A DNA stretch of 64,000 bases from a virus (IMGVR_UViG_3300028549_000507:64001-128000); one strand, 5' to 3'; shown: positions 17,500 to 29,000, numbered from the stretch's first letter. Translations and numbers: made by a program. Notes: a model not told the origin generated them from the sequence alone.

Positions 17500-18138
17500 T
17501 TACGATTTGCCTTTCATAATATTCAGACCCAAATTCAACATTAACAAATTATTACTATAGATATTTTTCATATAGTTTTTCAAAGCATAAGCCATAGCCA
17601 CGAAATCTTCAGCATACATTGCTATAATTGGACCTGCTTGGTTTCTAATAGATATACCTTCGTACAATATACCAGTATCACTATCTCTAATTGCGGCAGG
17701 ATAAAATTGAATGTATTCGAAATCATTCTTATTTACTGTAGGATTATATGGAGCCGGAGTTCCTAATCCTACTAATTTATTCTGACCATCAACCCTGAAT
17801 AGGTGTCTATAACTATCTAATTTCAACCAGTCTAAACATATGTTTAGACTGTCGGCTATCAGTGGGAATTGTTTCTGAGTAAAGAATGATGCTGCCGATT
17901 TAACATATCGTTTATTTTCTTCATCAAACTCTTGTTTTTGAAACCCTATGATAGCTTTACCATACGTATCAAGTGATATTGTTTTAAAATTCCTATTACT
18001 AGAATCCGGATAAGTCTGGATTATAGGAGAAGTTTTATACTTATCATTAATAGTATCATCCTTATCAACCATAAGGATGACTACAATTTTAAACCCTCTA
18101 CATTTGTATACGGTATCCACAATATTTTTAAGACGCAT
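17500..18138 (-). CDS. Hypothetical protein
   Basis: Start moved to MRLKNIV (18138, GAGGGG SD) to avoid overlap with the helicase. Confidence 0.7.
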   Translation of the reverse strand: MRLKNIVDTVYKCRGFKIVVILMVDKDDTINDKYKTSPIIQTYPDSSNRNFKTISLDTYGKAIIGFQKQEFDEENKRYVKSAASFFTQKQFPLIADSLNICLDWLKLDSYRHLFRVDGQNKLVGLGTPAPYNPTVNKNDFEYIQFYPAAIRDSDTGILYEGISIRNQAGPIIAMYAEDFVAMAYALKNYMKNIYSNNLLMLNLGLNIMKGKS

Positions 18139-18145
18139 ATTCCCC

Positions 18146-19669
18146 TCACGAAAAAACTTTTTCAATCCGACCATCAGACTTACATTCATAATGTAGTATC
18201 TGATTTTTATGTTTTTCATGGTTGAGAAGTCGTTTATCTGTCTGACGTTTCATCCCCTCGAATGCTCCGTCAGTTAGATCAACAAACCAACCCTTAGGAT
18301 CTCTTATTCTACCTCTCATCTGTCGAACTATTTGTTCCGACGAGATAGGGATAGCATTTATTATCATTACGAGATTTTCAACATCTAACCCTTCTCTATT
18401 TGAGATAGTTGCAAATATTATATTCCGATTAAGTTCTTCATGACGCTTTTCTTTAGCGACATTTCCACTAGTATCTCCGATTGTAGGACGAAATCCTTCA
18501 AAGTAATCGGAAGTATTAATTATCTTATTCAAAGCATCTTTTACAATATTAATACCTTCCAAATATTGGATGTATATTAGTACCTTTTTACTTGGATTGT
18601 ATGAATATTGTCTAAAGATTTTCTTTATAAAATATGCAAGTACGTTCACAAATAATCTAGTTCTAGACTCACTTCTAAATATGTATTTAAAATACAACAA
18701 TGCATGAACCCCTCTTCTAGGTTGGATTCTAAATAGATCCATTCTAGTTGGAGTCGTATAATACTTCATCATTATAATATTAAACTTATTTATTTCATGA
18801 GTCTTTTCACCAAATGATCTAAAATTCTCTCTAAAGATTTTCTTATATAGAGAATCTTGTCTATAATCACTTCTTGTAGGAGTAGCTGAAAGAAATAGAG
18901 TTCTTTCAACTGAACTATTTACAAGTATTCTAATAATCTTCATGAAATGAGAATGGCATTCGTCAAATATCTGAAGACCGATGCCAAATCGCTTATAAAA
19001 CCTATTTAGAATTTCTGTATCATGCTTCAATCCTGCAATCAATGAATCTAATGCGATAACATAATAAGCTCCCATAGGAGAATCTGAGTCATCCATTAGT
19101 TTTTTCATATCTTGCCAAGTCTTTATATAGAATAAATTCTCACCAAGAGTACAATCCGTAAAACTAAGTATACGATCAACCCACTGATTTGATAGGTTAG
19201 TAGATGTTACAAGCGTAGGCATCTGTAAAGCTGTCGATCCCATAATCGCACATACAGTTTTGCCAAATCCAGTATCCAATGTTAATAGTCTATGAGACTT
19301 ACATTTATCCGCAGAACCAAGACCTACTATAAAATCAACAGATTCTTTTTGAACTTTATCCCGAGGAGCCGCAGTACAGGTTACACCTTTTATCCTACGA
19401 CTTTCCACATGTTGATCACTTGTATCTATAATATTTTTAGTATAAATACCGTCTGCCACTAGCTTTCCTAGTACAAAATTAAGACCAACTCCGGATGGAA
19501 TTTTCATTATCCTCAACTTCGTATCATAGAAATATCCAACATGAGTAACTCTTTTCTCTATATAATCGAATATAGATAGAGACTTCTCTAGAGTTGGAGA
19601 CATGTTTGGAGTATACCCATATATGTAAACGGCAGATCTTCTAAGTTCAATTTTAAGTTCATCTTCCAT
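18146..19669 (-). CDS. Superfamily 2 helicase (UvsW-like)
   Basis: Walker A LDTGFGKT, IFDECH, SATP, REGLDVENL, QMRGRIR. Confidence 0.9.
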   Translation of the reverse strand: MEDELKIELRRSAVYIYGYTPNMSPTLEKSLSIFDYIEKRVTHVGYFYDTKLRIMKIPSGVGLNFVLGKLVADGIYTKNIIDTSDQHVESRRIKGVTCTAAPRDKVQKESVDFIVGLGSADKCKSHRLLTLDTGFGKTVCAIMGSTALQMPTLVTSTNLSNQWVDRILSFTDCTLGENLFYIKTWQDMKKLMDDSDSPMGAYYVIALDSLIAGLKHDTEILNRFYKRFGIGLQIFDECHSHFMKIIRILVNSSVERTLFLSATPTRSDYRQDSLYKKIFRENFRSFGEKTHEINKFNIIMMKYYTTPTRMDLFRIQPRRGVHALLYFKYIFRSESRTRLFVNVLAYFIKKIFRQYSYNPSKKVLIYIQYLEGINIVKDALNKIINTSDYFEGFRPTIGDTSGNVAKEKRHEELNRNIIFATISNREGLDVENLVMIINAIPISSEQIVRQMRGRIRDPKGWFVDLTDGAFEGMKRQTDKRLLNHEKHKNQILHYECKSDGRIEKVFS

Positions 19670-19684
19670 TTTGTGCCAATCTAT

Positions 19685-19876
19685 TTAATAATCCACTGGA
19701 TCGTTGAATGCACGATGTTTCTTATGATCATAAGGGTTACACTTTTCACATCCACATCCTTTAAGATGGAATGATATCTTTCTTTTTGGTGGAGGAATTG
19801 TTCCTCCAAGTTCTAATGAGTTACGTTTTTGTTTCACAATATCATAACCTAACAAGTTTGCTATAAATTTTAACAT
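19685..19876 (-). CDS. Small hypothetical protein
   Basis: Start MLKFIA with AGGAG SD; late motif AACA CTTAAT TG at 19900-19911. Confidence 0.6.
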   Translation of the reverse strand: MLKFIANLLGYDIVKQKRNSLELGGTIPPPKRKISFHLKGCGCEKCNPYDHKKHRAFNDPVDY

Positions 19877-19970
19877 TAAATCTCCTAGTAAAAACACTAC
19901 AATTAAGTGTTTGAGAAGATTTATATAAAAAATATAGTAGGAGGAAAATCCCCCTACTATAAATTATCAA

Positions 19971-22082
19971 TTAAAACAAGTACTTTCTAGTTTCTCTAAA
20001 TTCAACACCATTATCTTCGAATACTTTATTCTTGAAGAAGATATCGAATATTCCAGGAACAGACTTCTTAAGACTTTGTGGATCTTTAAGTTGTCTACGA
20101 AGTTCTTGGAATGCGATAGAACTAAATAAGTCAGCTTTCTGAATAGCTTGCGTAAGTTTTACAAACTTAATATTAGGTTCAACCTTAGTAGAATAGTCAG
20201 GTCGTATAATACTATCATTTTCACTTCGCATAAGATTCATTATAAGCGTTTCAATATGAATCATCATACCTTTTGTAGTCAAATCCGCCTTGAATAAAAT
20301 ATCGATGAAATCAACGATAGGATCTTCAGGGCAAGTATATAATGAAGTTTTAGCTCCATCAATAATCGATTTAGTAATACGAAGGTATTTAGAAACTTCC
20401 TCTGTAAGGAGTTTGATCGAGAATATAGGCTCGCTTTGATCTAGGTTTTCAATAGAAATAGATACAAATTCCATATCTTGGAACTCACTCTCCCAGTTCA
20501 CATCCTTATTCTCACTCTCAACTTCAGCAATACTATCAACCACATCCTCATATCGAACCATATCCATGGCTCCAGAATTTGAGATATACCCAATAATATA
20601 GTCACTTATATTGATGAAGAATGATTTATCTTCTAAATCCATTGCTCGCAATACACCATTCTCAACAACGAATAGCATATCTATATATTTGGAATAATCC
20701 AATCCATCTTCAACTTCTTTAGAGTCAATAATATTCTCACTAGATATAATATCACTAACAACTTCAAACGGAATTAATATCTTGATATTACTATCACTCT
20801 TCTTTAGACAGATCTCATTGTTTTCAATGATGAAATATCTAAATAAAGTATCACCAGTAATCTCCTCGGCACTAGTTCCTGTAGCATGTTTGGACGACAT
20901 GCCTAACTGAGTTAGAGGGTTAATCAATTTAATCCCAACAAATCCTCCGATTCTACAATCTTTAAGGATCTTATGTTTATTACCAAAACATATAGAACAA
21001 ACCTTATTAAGACGATGTCCTGTAATACATTTGGTATGAGATCTAATTTTAACAGTAGTTCCGATAAGTTGGGTATCTTTTATAGATATCTCTTTTAGAA
21101 GTGGACCTTTCTCATCAATAAGCATATACTTACCTTCAAGAATCTCCAAATGCTTATGATTCTTTACATGATACGATAGGTAGAATTTAGTTCCACAATC
21201 ATATATAGAAGAATCTAGCTCAGTATTGAGACATGCCAAATTCACCTTACGAGATAAATATCCCGAATCAGGAACTGCTTCCTTCTTAACGATAATTGCA
21301 TTTCTAGTAGTTACAGATTCTGCAAAGAATTCGGAATTAGTCTTCATACCGTGCATCCATCCCTGTTTGATCATTACAGGGAGAATAGATTTATCGATAT
21401 CAATACGAGGTCCTACACCTACAAACATCTGTCCCACTTGAAGTTTCTTCAACATGTTTGATGTTATGAATGGGTATAGACAACAACTAGCATCTTTCTC
21501 GATAATTTCATAGAACTTTTGAGAAGCTGCTTCTAGATATTCTTCGGCAGCACTAGGACTCATATCGTCACTAAGAGTTCTATTATAGATATCCGCAAAC
21601 TCAGGAGATCTAGTTTCTAATGCCATAATATCATATAAGCTAAATGTATTTGACATTATATCACCGTAAATACGAGCAATTCTAACAATTCTCTGTTTTA
21701 CGGTTGAGATGATATCATAATTATCAAAGTCGCAACCAAGTTCAACAAATCTAGAAATAATCTTATTCATTATACCAAGGTAACTTCCCTTGGTTGAATC
21801 TGACATATCATAAACATTATCTTCGGTAATCGGAAATCCGAAAGCAGAGTTGAACAACCACAATATAGAGTTCATATAGAATGATGAAAAATCCATAAGA
21901 TATCTTTTACCATCATCCGTAACCACATATAATGCTTTATGTACAATATCCGGATCGTCGATAACAGTCCCTTCCATCTTAACTAGAAGTCTAAGATGTG
22001 ATAAATATCTAAGTTTCGGATCTTCAATACTAGTAATAGTTCTAGTATTAAATAGAATCCGATCCAACTGGTCTTCAGACAT
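19971..22082 (-). CDS. rpoC: RNA polymerase beta-prime C-terminal subunit (probably non-virion RNAP)
   Basis: Bridge helix SGYLSRK, DCGT, Zn-site RSHTKC...VCSICFG, trigger-loop region PLTQLGMSSKH. Confidence 0.9.
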   Translation of the reverse strand: MSEDQLDRILFNTRTITSIEDPKLRYLSHLRLLVKMEGTVIDDPDIVHKALYVVTDDGKRYLMDFSSFYMNSILWLFNSAFGFPITEDNVYDMSDSTKGSYLGIMNKIISRFVELGCDFDNYDIISTVKQRIVRIARIYGDIMSNTFSLYDIMALETRSPEFADIYNRTLSDDMSPSAAEEYLEAASQKFYEIIEKDASCCLYPFITSNMLKKLQVGQMFVGVGPRIDIDKSILPVMIKQGWMHGMKTNSEFFAESVTTRNAIIVKKEAVPDSGYLSRKVNLACLNTELDSSIYDCGTKFYLSYHVKNHKHLEILEGKYMLIDEKGPLLKEISIKDTQLIGTTVKIRSHTKCITGHRLNKVCSICFGNKHKILKDCRIGGFVGIKLINPLTQLGMSSKHATGTSAEEITGDTLFRYFIIENNEICLKKSDSNIKILIPFEVVSDIISSENIIDSKEVEDGLDYSKYIDMLFVVENGVLRAMDLEDKSFFINISDYIIGYISNSGAMDMVRYEDVVDSIAEVESENKDVNWESEFQDMEFVSISIENLDQSEPIFSIKLLTEEVSKYLRITKSIIDGAKTSLYTCPEDPIVDFIDILFKADLTTKGMMIHIETLIMNLMRSENDSIIRPDYSTKVEPNIKFVKLTQAIQKADLFSSIAFQELRRQLKDPQSLKKSVPGIFDIFFKNKVFEDNGVEFRETRKYLF

Positions 22083-22110
22083 ATTTCCTCCGTTTAAAAG
22101 ATGTCATATA

Positions 22111-22144
22111 CATTAAATTGTTTATCGTCAAATTATAATATATA
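22111..22144 (-). promoter_or_regulatory. Tandem early-type (22129-22144) and late-type (22111-22122) promoters
   Basis: TATATAT TATAATT TG and AACA ATTTAA TG. Confidence 0.65.
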
Positions 22145-22172
22145 TCTAAAATGACAAGTTGAATAAGATTAA

Positions 22173-22202
22173 ATAGTAGCGTAGGATTCCCTACGCTACT
22201 AT
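22173..22202 (-). terminator. 13-bp hairpin, probable terminator
   Basis: ATAGTAGCGTAGG-ATTC-CCTACGCTACTAT. Confidence 0.7.
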
Positions 22203-22204
22203 AA

Positions 22205-22471
22205 TTATTTAACAACTGTACAGGATGACACGAAAGAGCAATTACCACAGTGGGGTTTAACTGCATACTTTTCTTCATCACAATAACATGGAGAATACCC
22301 TTCATCAATCTGCATTTTCCGTATTCTACTGATTCTAGACTTGAGTTCCATCGATTTATGATAAAGAATCTTTTCTTCATCATTCTCAACCTCTAAAGGC
22401 ATATGATCGCCAGTAGACTCAGTACTTCTTCTCAAGATACGTTTGATGACACTTTTAATAAATTTTCTCAT
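22205..22471 (-). CDS. Small hypothetical protein, Cys-rich C-terminus
   Basis: CYC...HCGNCSFVSSC; GGAG SD. Confidence 0.65.
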   Translation of the reverse strand: MRKFIKSVIKRILRRSTESTGDHMPLEVENDEEKILYHKSMELKSRISRIRKMQIDEGYSPCYCDEEKYAVKPHCGNCSFVSSCTVVK

Positions 22472-22553
22472 TTTGTAGCTCCATTTCTTTTCAATAAAAT
22501 GTTCATTCGCAACATCATATTAGATAATAAATTTTATAATTTTTGGAGAGATT

Positions 22554-23249
22554 ATGTCTACTAGTACTAAAAGTCCTGCTAGGGTCAAGGCTGAAAAGAG
22601 TATTTATGATTTATTTGATGCATTAGATCATAGTGGCTATAATAGTGGTATGTATAAAGAATTATTTTCAACTATGAATGATACTGAATTTAAATCATAT
22701 ATGAGGGATTTATATGAAGAACGACAGTATGTTTACATGGAAGTCGATACAGCTAAACGTGAATTAACTATGGATAAGATTTTTAAAGCATGTGAAAAGA
22801 TTGGCTTTGAAACTCATAAATATGTAAAATATAGAGATTCACAAGAATCAAATGGCGAAAGTACAAGTACAGTCACAACTGAACCGATTCTTATTCTATA
22901 TATGCCTATAAAAAGACTTCAACAAATGTTGAGTAAAAAGAATAGTGCATCAGGAGATATTGATAAAATAAATCCAATGACAGGCACAGTTACAAGTGAT
23001 AGTAAATCTGCCGGTATAAATGATACTCAAACGTTCGGATTAATAACTACCGGTCAAACAGAGGTTATTAAAGAGTTACTTGGACCTAGAGCGGATGATG
23101 AAAGATCGAAAAAACAAATGTTACATATGATTGAAGAACGTGGCGATGTTTCTCTTAGAGATCTGAATATAGATGTTAAGAATAAACAATCTGTAAATAC
23201 CATGAAAGTGTTCCTTAGATCTGTAAATATTGATGTTGAAATAGTTTAA
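22554..23249 (+). CDS. RNA polymerase beta C-terminal fragment (probably virion RNAP small subunit)
   Basis: KRLQQMLSKK...ELLGPRADD aligns by eye with the bacterial beta C-terminal KLHHLVDDK...EMLTVKSDD region; late motif AACA TCATAT TA at 22511-22522. Confidence 0.7.
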   Translation: MSTSTKSPARVKAEKSIYDLFDALDHSGYNSGMYKELFSTMNDTEFKSYMRDLYEERQYVYMEVDTAKRELTMDKIFKACEKIGFETHKYVKYRDSQESNGESTSTVTTEPILILYMPIKRLQQMLSKKNSASGDIDKINPMTGTVTSDSKSAGINDTQTFGLITTGQTEVIKELLGPRADDERSKKQMLHMIEERGDVSLRDLNIDVKNKQSVNTMKVFLRSVNIDVEIV

Positions 23250-23250
23250 A

Positions 23251-23280
23251 TAATAGAGAGGGAGTAGTCCCTCTCTATTA
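23251..23280. terminator. Bidirectional terminator between convergent genes
   Basis: TAATAGAGAGGGA-GTAG-TCCCTCTCTATTA. Confidence 0.75.
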
Positions 23281-23284
23281 TATA

Positions 23285-25666
23285 TTAATATTTAGATCCA
23301 CCTCTAACAGGAGGTACTGCTACAAACTGATTCTGCAAATTTATAATTGTAGCACCAATGCTACCAGTACTATTTCTTCGAAGGATTTTCTCAATATATG
23401 ACATCGGATTAATAGCATCACCAAGTAATCCTAAGAATCCCGCTTCTCTACTCTCGGAATTTCTACCTCGTGTAGCTTGAGTCATCTTTTGAATCCATCT
23501 ATCAAATCTCGATCCAGTATATCTCTGCTCAGAAATCGTTAAACCTCCAAGTATATTCATGTAGGATGTAAATCCATCATTACCTTGGAACAATGGAGCC
23601 CATAAACCTTTAGACATACCCATCATAATCGCAGGAGATAAATCCTTTATAGATAATGAAACTTTTATAGTTTTAGGAATAATACTAGAGCCAGCATATA
23701 CCCAATTATTCTTATCATCTCCTCTGGTGATTGAAAGACTTTCAATCATCCCCATAGGAATTTGAAAATAGCCCGGCATATGAACTCTAACCATAAATGG
23801 ATTTGTATAAGTTCTCTTACCAATTTGTCTAGGCATAGACATCGCTATAAGCATTAGTAATGGAACATATGTATTTTCGAAAATGGCTAAAGGGTGAGCA
23901 TACGGACTTGTGAATGTGAAATCCATACTGATACTTCTAGTAAAAGAAGACTCAGACCACATATCAGGCAATACCATACGACCTTCACCTGTAACAACCG
24001 TAGAAACGTCTCCTCTAAACAATGAGTTTTTAATATTCTCAAATCGTTTAATACCGGCGTCAATAGTAGATGTTACAGCGTTACCTTCTCCGGTGACAAA
24101 ATTATTAGCTTTCGAAGCTGCTGTTTCTGCTGCTTGAGAGTTTAATGTTGCCATCATCGGGTTAGGTTGGGATGAGTTGGATATAGATTCAGATATCGAT
24201 ACATTCTTTCCTACAAGAAAAGGAAGCATACCTTTATGACCACCACGGTTTTCAGGCCTAAATGATCCTGCTAGTATTCTTCGACGTATACCCATATAGG
24301 CTCCGCCGTAATCCTTATCTTCAGTCGGAGAAGATTTAATTTTATCTTTAAATAATTTAAAGAATTTATCTTTAGTGTCATCGAATGTAAACTCCGCTTT
24401 CTCAGAATCTATTTCACCAGTAGCCTTAACACCTTCCCCAGTTGCAGTAACCGCATCGGATATACCATCTTCCTTCTCATATGCACTTTCCATCGCCGCA
24501 GAAGTTCCTCCAGAGAATGCTTCTGCAGGAACTGAGAGGTTGAGCATAATTGCTACTTGTTGAGCCATATCTTCAAAGAATTGGTCATATAGGTCAGTAT
24601 CCAATTCAAATCTCGCAAACTGTTTAAGTCCTAGAAGTTTATCAAATGGATATGATACAATATTCCAAGTCCCACGAAGAACGGAACCCAAAGCATGGAA
24701 CGGAAATGTTAATATATTCTTTAGAGATAATCCACCATCACCTCTAATTCTTTTACTAACTGCGGCTTCATTTGTATTACCTTGATCTAGTAAAGTATTT
24801 GAAATCAAACTAGAATTATACTTTATACGACCAACCTCAAATGTTGCAACAGGAAAGTTTGAATTTATCTTATTATTATAAACTCTTCCAATAAACGGAA
24901 ATGCTCTATCACTTCGAACGTCATCGTGTGGATTGAATTGGAATGGAGGATTTATAACATTTGCATCCCCAATTCCCATACCCCTACTTTTACCATTCTT
25001 CTTCTTATCAGAGAGAGGTTCACCTTCACGTTTAGCGTGATTATTATCTCCCCACAACGCATCGGCAACAGAGTCTAGTATCCCTAGGATACCACCATCA
25101 CCTTCTGCAGTCAGGTCGATTACCATCCCATGTTTATTAGCCTCTTCCAAAGTAGATACGCCTATTGGTACATATTGTGAGTTATTTTCATCGAAACCGA
25201 ATCTTTTTAACGAATTTTTAAGACTACTCGTCATTTTGTCAGTCATATGTGAACCAATATTATTAATCGTATCTACGACTGCGGAACTTCCTACAAATGT
25301 TTTTCTAGTATAATCAGTAAATGTAAGACCGGCAACATCGACGCTAGCTTTAAATTTACCAGTACCAGAACTATCGGGGGTAGAAGAACCAATATCAACC
25401 GATGATACATTTGGTTTAGTTTCAGGGTTAGGATTAACAAAATCCGTATTACTTTTGGGAGAAACTTTTAATTCCTCACCACTACCAGCAGTAACAGATA
25501 CTGTTCCTAATGGAGAGTCCTGCGGAGTTTCATTTCCCAGCGCAGGATTGCTAAATTCCGGTTTACCATAATCCCCAATATAAGACGATGTATTTCCTAG
25601 AGATTCTCTCCCCAAATTATCCAAACCATCATTCTCAAACTCAAGCACTCCTTCAGTTTTTGCCAT
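23285..25666 (-). CDS. Virion structural protein (baseplate/tail-initiator-like C-terminal domain)
   Basis: PDMWSESSFTRSISMDFTF...PFMVRVHMPG...GMIESLSITRG pattern; follows the tape-measure-like gene. Confidence 0.6.
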   Translation of the reverse strand: MAKTEGVLEFENDGLDNLGRESLGNTSSYIGDYGKPEFSNPALGNETPQDSPLGTVSVTAGSGEELKVSPKSNTDFVNPNPETKPNVSSVDIGSSTPDSSGTGKFKASVDVAGLTFTDYTRKTFVGSSAVVDTINNIGSHMTDKMTSSLKNSLKRFGFDENNSQYVPIGVSTLEEANKHGMVIDLTAEGDGGILGILDSVADALWGDNNHAKREGEPLSDKKKNGKSRGMGIGDANVINPPFQFNPHDDVRSDRAFPFIGRVYNNKINSNFPVATFEVGRIKYNSSLISNTLLDQGNTNEAAVSKRIRGDGGLSLKNILTFPFHALGSVLRGTWNIVSYPFDKLLGLKQFARFELDTDLYDQFFEDMAQQVAIMLNLSVPAEAFSGGTSAAMESAYEKEDGISDAVTATGEGVKATGEIDSEKAEFTFDDTKDKFFKLFKDKIKSSPTEDKDYGGAYMGIRRRILAGSFRPENRGGHKGMLPFLVGKNVSISESISNSSQPNPMMATLNSQAAETAASKANNFVTGEGNAVTSTIDAGIKRFENIKNSLFRGDVSTVVTGEGRMVLPDMWSESSFTRSISMDFTFTSPYAHPLAIFENTYVPLLMLIAMSMPRQIGKRTYTNPFMVRVHMPGYFQIPMGMIESLSITRGDDKNNWVYAGSSIIPKTIKVSLSIKDLSPAIMMGMSKGLWAPLFQGNDGFTSYMNILGGLTISEQRYTGSRFDRWIQKMTQATRGRNSESREAGFLGLLGDAINPMSYIEKILRRNSTGSIGATIINLQNQFVAVPPVRGGSKY

Positions 25667-25744
25667 ATCAATCCTCTTTATTTTTAAACTCTCCTATTTA
25701 AAATGTTATATGGGAATAACATAATTATTCCCATATAAACATTA

Positions 25745-26068
25745 CTTACCTTTCCAACAGTAGCGGCACCTTTTTGTGTATTACTAGCAGACTTAGCAGC
25801 CGCAGAAGTATTCACATTCATGATCGTTGACCGAGCTTCAGCACCATATTTACCTTTGGTAACATCGACGTTTGCAGCTTTAGCCAATTCACTACTATTA
25901 TTAATGCTTACCTTTCGCAACAGTAGCGGCACCTTTTTGTGTATTACTAGCAGACTTAGCAGCCGCAGAAGTATTCACATTCATGATTGTTGACTGAGCT
26001 CCAGCGCCATATTTACCTTTGGTAACATCGACGTTTGCAGCTTTAGCCAATTCACTACTATTATTAAT
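25745..26068. repeat. Tandem direct repeat, 161 + 162 bp, duplicating the 3' end of the giant gene
   Basis: 25745-25905 vs 25907-26068: 4 transitions clustered in ~20 bp plus one indel. Confidence 0.95.
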
Positions 26069-29000
26069 ACTATACTGTCTACTTCCATCTTTGAATTGGG
26101 ATAATACTAATATATCTCCCTTTCCACTAGTCGGAACATATACAGTTTGGTACCCGATTAACACACCCTGATGGTTAATAGGAATGTCTCCAACAAGAAT
26201 CGAATGGGTTTTCTTAGTAACCGCATCGGTTATAAATTTATTTACAGCGGCAGTATCTCCACCTCGTTTAACAATATCACCCTTAGCTTTATTTGCACCT
26301 AAGTAACTACTAATAGCTGCAACTATTGCGTTAGGAGTACCTTCTTTAGTTTTAGATTCCGCAGTTTGAACCATACTAAATTCTTTCTTATCACCACTGC
26401 CCCAAGAATACATCGAACTAAAGTCATTCAGATTAGTTTCCCCATCATTCTGACCACCTGTCTTTTCACCAGAATCATCATTAGTCGAATCGACTTTATT
26501 TCCATCCATAGTGAACGTTTTCTCGGTAACTGGATCAAATGTGAACTCAACTTTACCAGAACCTTGCTTATAATCGCTAGATACTGGCGACGAAGTGTCC
26601 GGTGTATCTGATCCACCGCCGCTAAAAAAATCTTTAATTCCAGCACCTATTTTACCAAATAACCCTTCATTCTTCTTAGCAGCCTCAGCTTCTTTCATCT
26701 TTCTGAGCTCAGCAGAATCTTTAGAATCATCACCCTTTTTACGTTTTCCAATTCCACTACCACCATCAAGTAATGATTGTGCAATAAGCTCATTCGTAAT
26801 CTTAGTAAGACTAAAGTTCTCGGCTGTAGTTCCGGCAATACTAAGTAATGCGGATATAACACTTGAGAAGAATGATTCGCTAACACCATTATGCCTTGTT
26901 TGTTCGGCATACATAGCTCTTAACGCATCCAACTCCGTATTTATATTAGCAGTAATTCCAGTCATAGCTTTAACCAATGGTTGTCCAACACTAGATTTTT
27001 CAGTAACAGCTTTAGTCAGTTTTTCCTGATCAACTGGTTCCTTTACCTGTTGTTTGACATCTACAGTTGCCGCTACTGCTGCACTTACAGCAGGAATTTT
27101 ATTATCAAGTTTAAGATCTTTCTTAACAGCTTTTACAGCATCGCCCTCTAGAGGATTATTACTTCCGCCAGGAGCATTTGGACTAAGTTTAGTATCTATA
27201 GCTCCACCAGAAGTAGTGATAGGTTTAGTTACAGCGGCAGAAACACTTCCAGCTACAACGCCCCCAGCTACAACGCCCCCAGCTACAACAGGTGCGGCAG
27301 AAACTACCGGCGATGCAGAAACGACTGGTGCAACCTTTTCAGAACTTGCAACTTCTTTAGCATCAGCAGCAACTTCATCATCGTTAGATTCAGATAGTTT
27401 AACATCCGAATCCTCAGTTGATACTTCACCCTTTTTAGGTGTGACTGGTAAAGATTTTACAAGCTTAGCAGCTTCAGAAAGGAATTTCTCTCTAAATAAT
27501 CTCTGACGTTCTGCGTCTTCCGGTGAAGATGGAACTCCTCCAGTAACGCCGTCTCCGCCAAATTGTTTAGAGAGTTTAGCTCTAAGCTTTTCAACGGCTT
27601 CATATTTAGTAGATTTCCAAGTATTGAACGCATCCATACCCGCAGCATCTTGACCAAATCCAAGCATTGCAGCATCCTTTTTACCGGATCCCATCATACC
27701 TTGCCAAATGTTCTTAGTCTCAAATTCGGAAAGAGGACCGTCAGGAACTCCAAGTATCCCAGCTTTAGCAGATGTAAACTTCTTGAAATCCGCAGCATAC
27801 TCTTTTTCTTCACTACTTCCAAATATAGAATGGAATGTGGTTACTATAAGATCTGTAGGGATTAAACCGAATAATAATGAACTAAGTACATTAGCCAATC
27901 CGGATGTTAATCTCATACTTATAGTAGGTTTAGCACCTTTACCTAATCCAAAGTATCTAGAGGTACTATTCATACCTGTGAGGAAATCGTTTATAGTAAG
28001 AGCAATCCCTATAGGACCAATCAAACTTGCCAATTTCTTAAATATTTTACTACCAATGCCTTTTAACATTGACGGTTTCAATATCTTAGGAATTGCTGCA
28101 GAAACTTTAGCCGCTACACCGGGCTTTATAAATTTAGCCAACTTCTTACTATTAAGAAGTCTATTTATGAAATCGGAAATCATTTTAGGAATCTTTTGAA
28201 TATTTTCAACTATTCCTTTTCCTATTTTTCCACCATGTTTAGAAATCTTTGCTCCAAGTTTAGACCCGATACCTTTTACAGCATTGAATCCGCTTTTAAG
28301 ACCTTTACCTAAAAGTTTAACTGTAGGAACTCGAGCTTTAAGAACTGATGTAGACTGTGTAGATCTCTCGGAAAATCCTAATTCTTTTCCATCAAAACCA
28401 TACTTAGAATCACCTTCTACGCCAGCAGCATTTCCAGCAATATCTCCGACACTGCCATTCTCATATAAACCAGACTCTTTAGCTTGTTGGTGTTTATCAA
28501 ATATACCTTTTTTAGCAACAAGTCCGATAGTAGCCACAGAAGCAGCTCCAGCAGCCAATCCTCCGAGAAGTTTTCCATTTCTCTTCAAGAATCCACCTAT
28601 ACCACCGCCACCTTCTCCATCACCTTCGCCAACTTTTCCATTCTTCATCTCTTTTACGAGTTGTTTCTGGCGTTTCTTTTCAGCTCTTTCATTGAAGTAA
28701 GTTCCAAGTATCTTCTTAATATCTTTAAGAGAACTATTACTTTCCTCAGCCACAGAGTCATCAGAACCTTCATTATTGTCGAATACTTGATCTTGAATAC
28801 TACCTTCTCTAAACCCATTATCAGGATCTATACCAGTTTTAACATCTTCTTCCGAAGAAGTTTTCTTACTACCAAGATAGCCTCTAACCTTATCAGCTAT
28901 ACCGGACTTAACTGATTCAAACTTATTCTTCAATGAGAATTTCTTCTTAGAAGATGGAGCATTACTCTCAGTTTCACCCAACTTAGAGTTTACAGCATTT

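Noticed and set aside
22075-22389. 104-aa track ORF
   Set aside because: Overlaps the better-supported 22205-22471 gene, a terminator and the rpoC promoters.
25684-25932. 82-aa track ORF as an independent gene
   Set aside because: It is the out-of-frame distal repeat copy, with a non-ATG start inside the giant gene and no SD.
25745-26068. Diversity-generating retroelement TR/VR pair
   Set aside because: Differences are not adenine-specific on either strand (two A/G, one G/A, one C/T, one indel), and no reverse transcriptase is in the window.
27245-27290. 15-bp tandem repeats
   Set aside because: In-frame VAGGV coding repeats in the giant protein.
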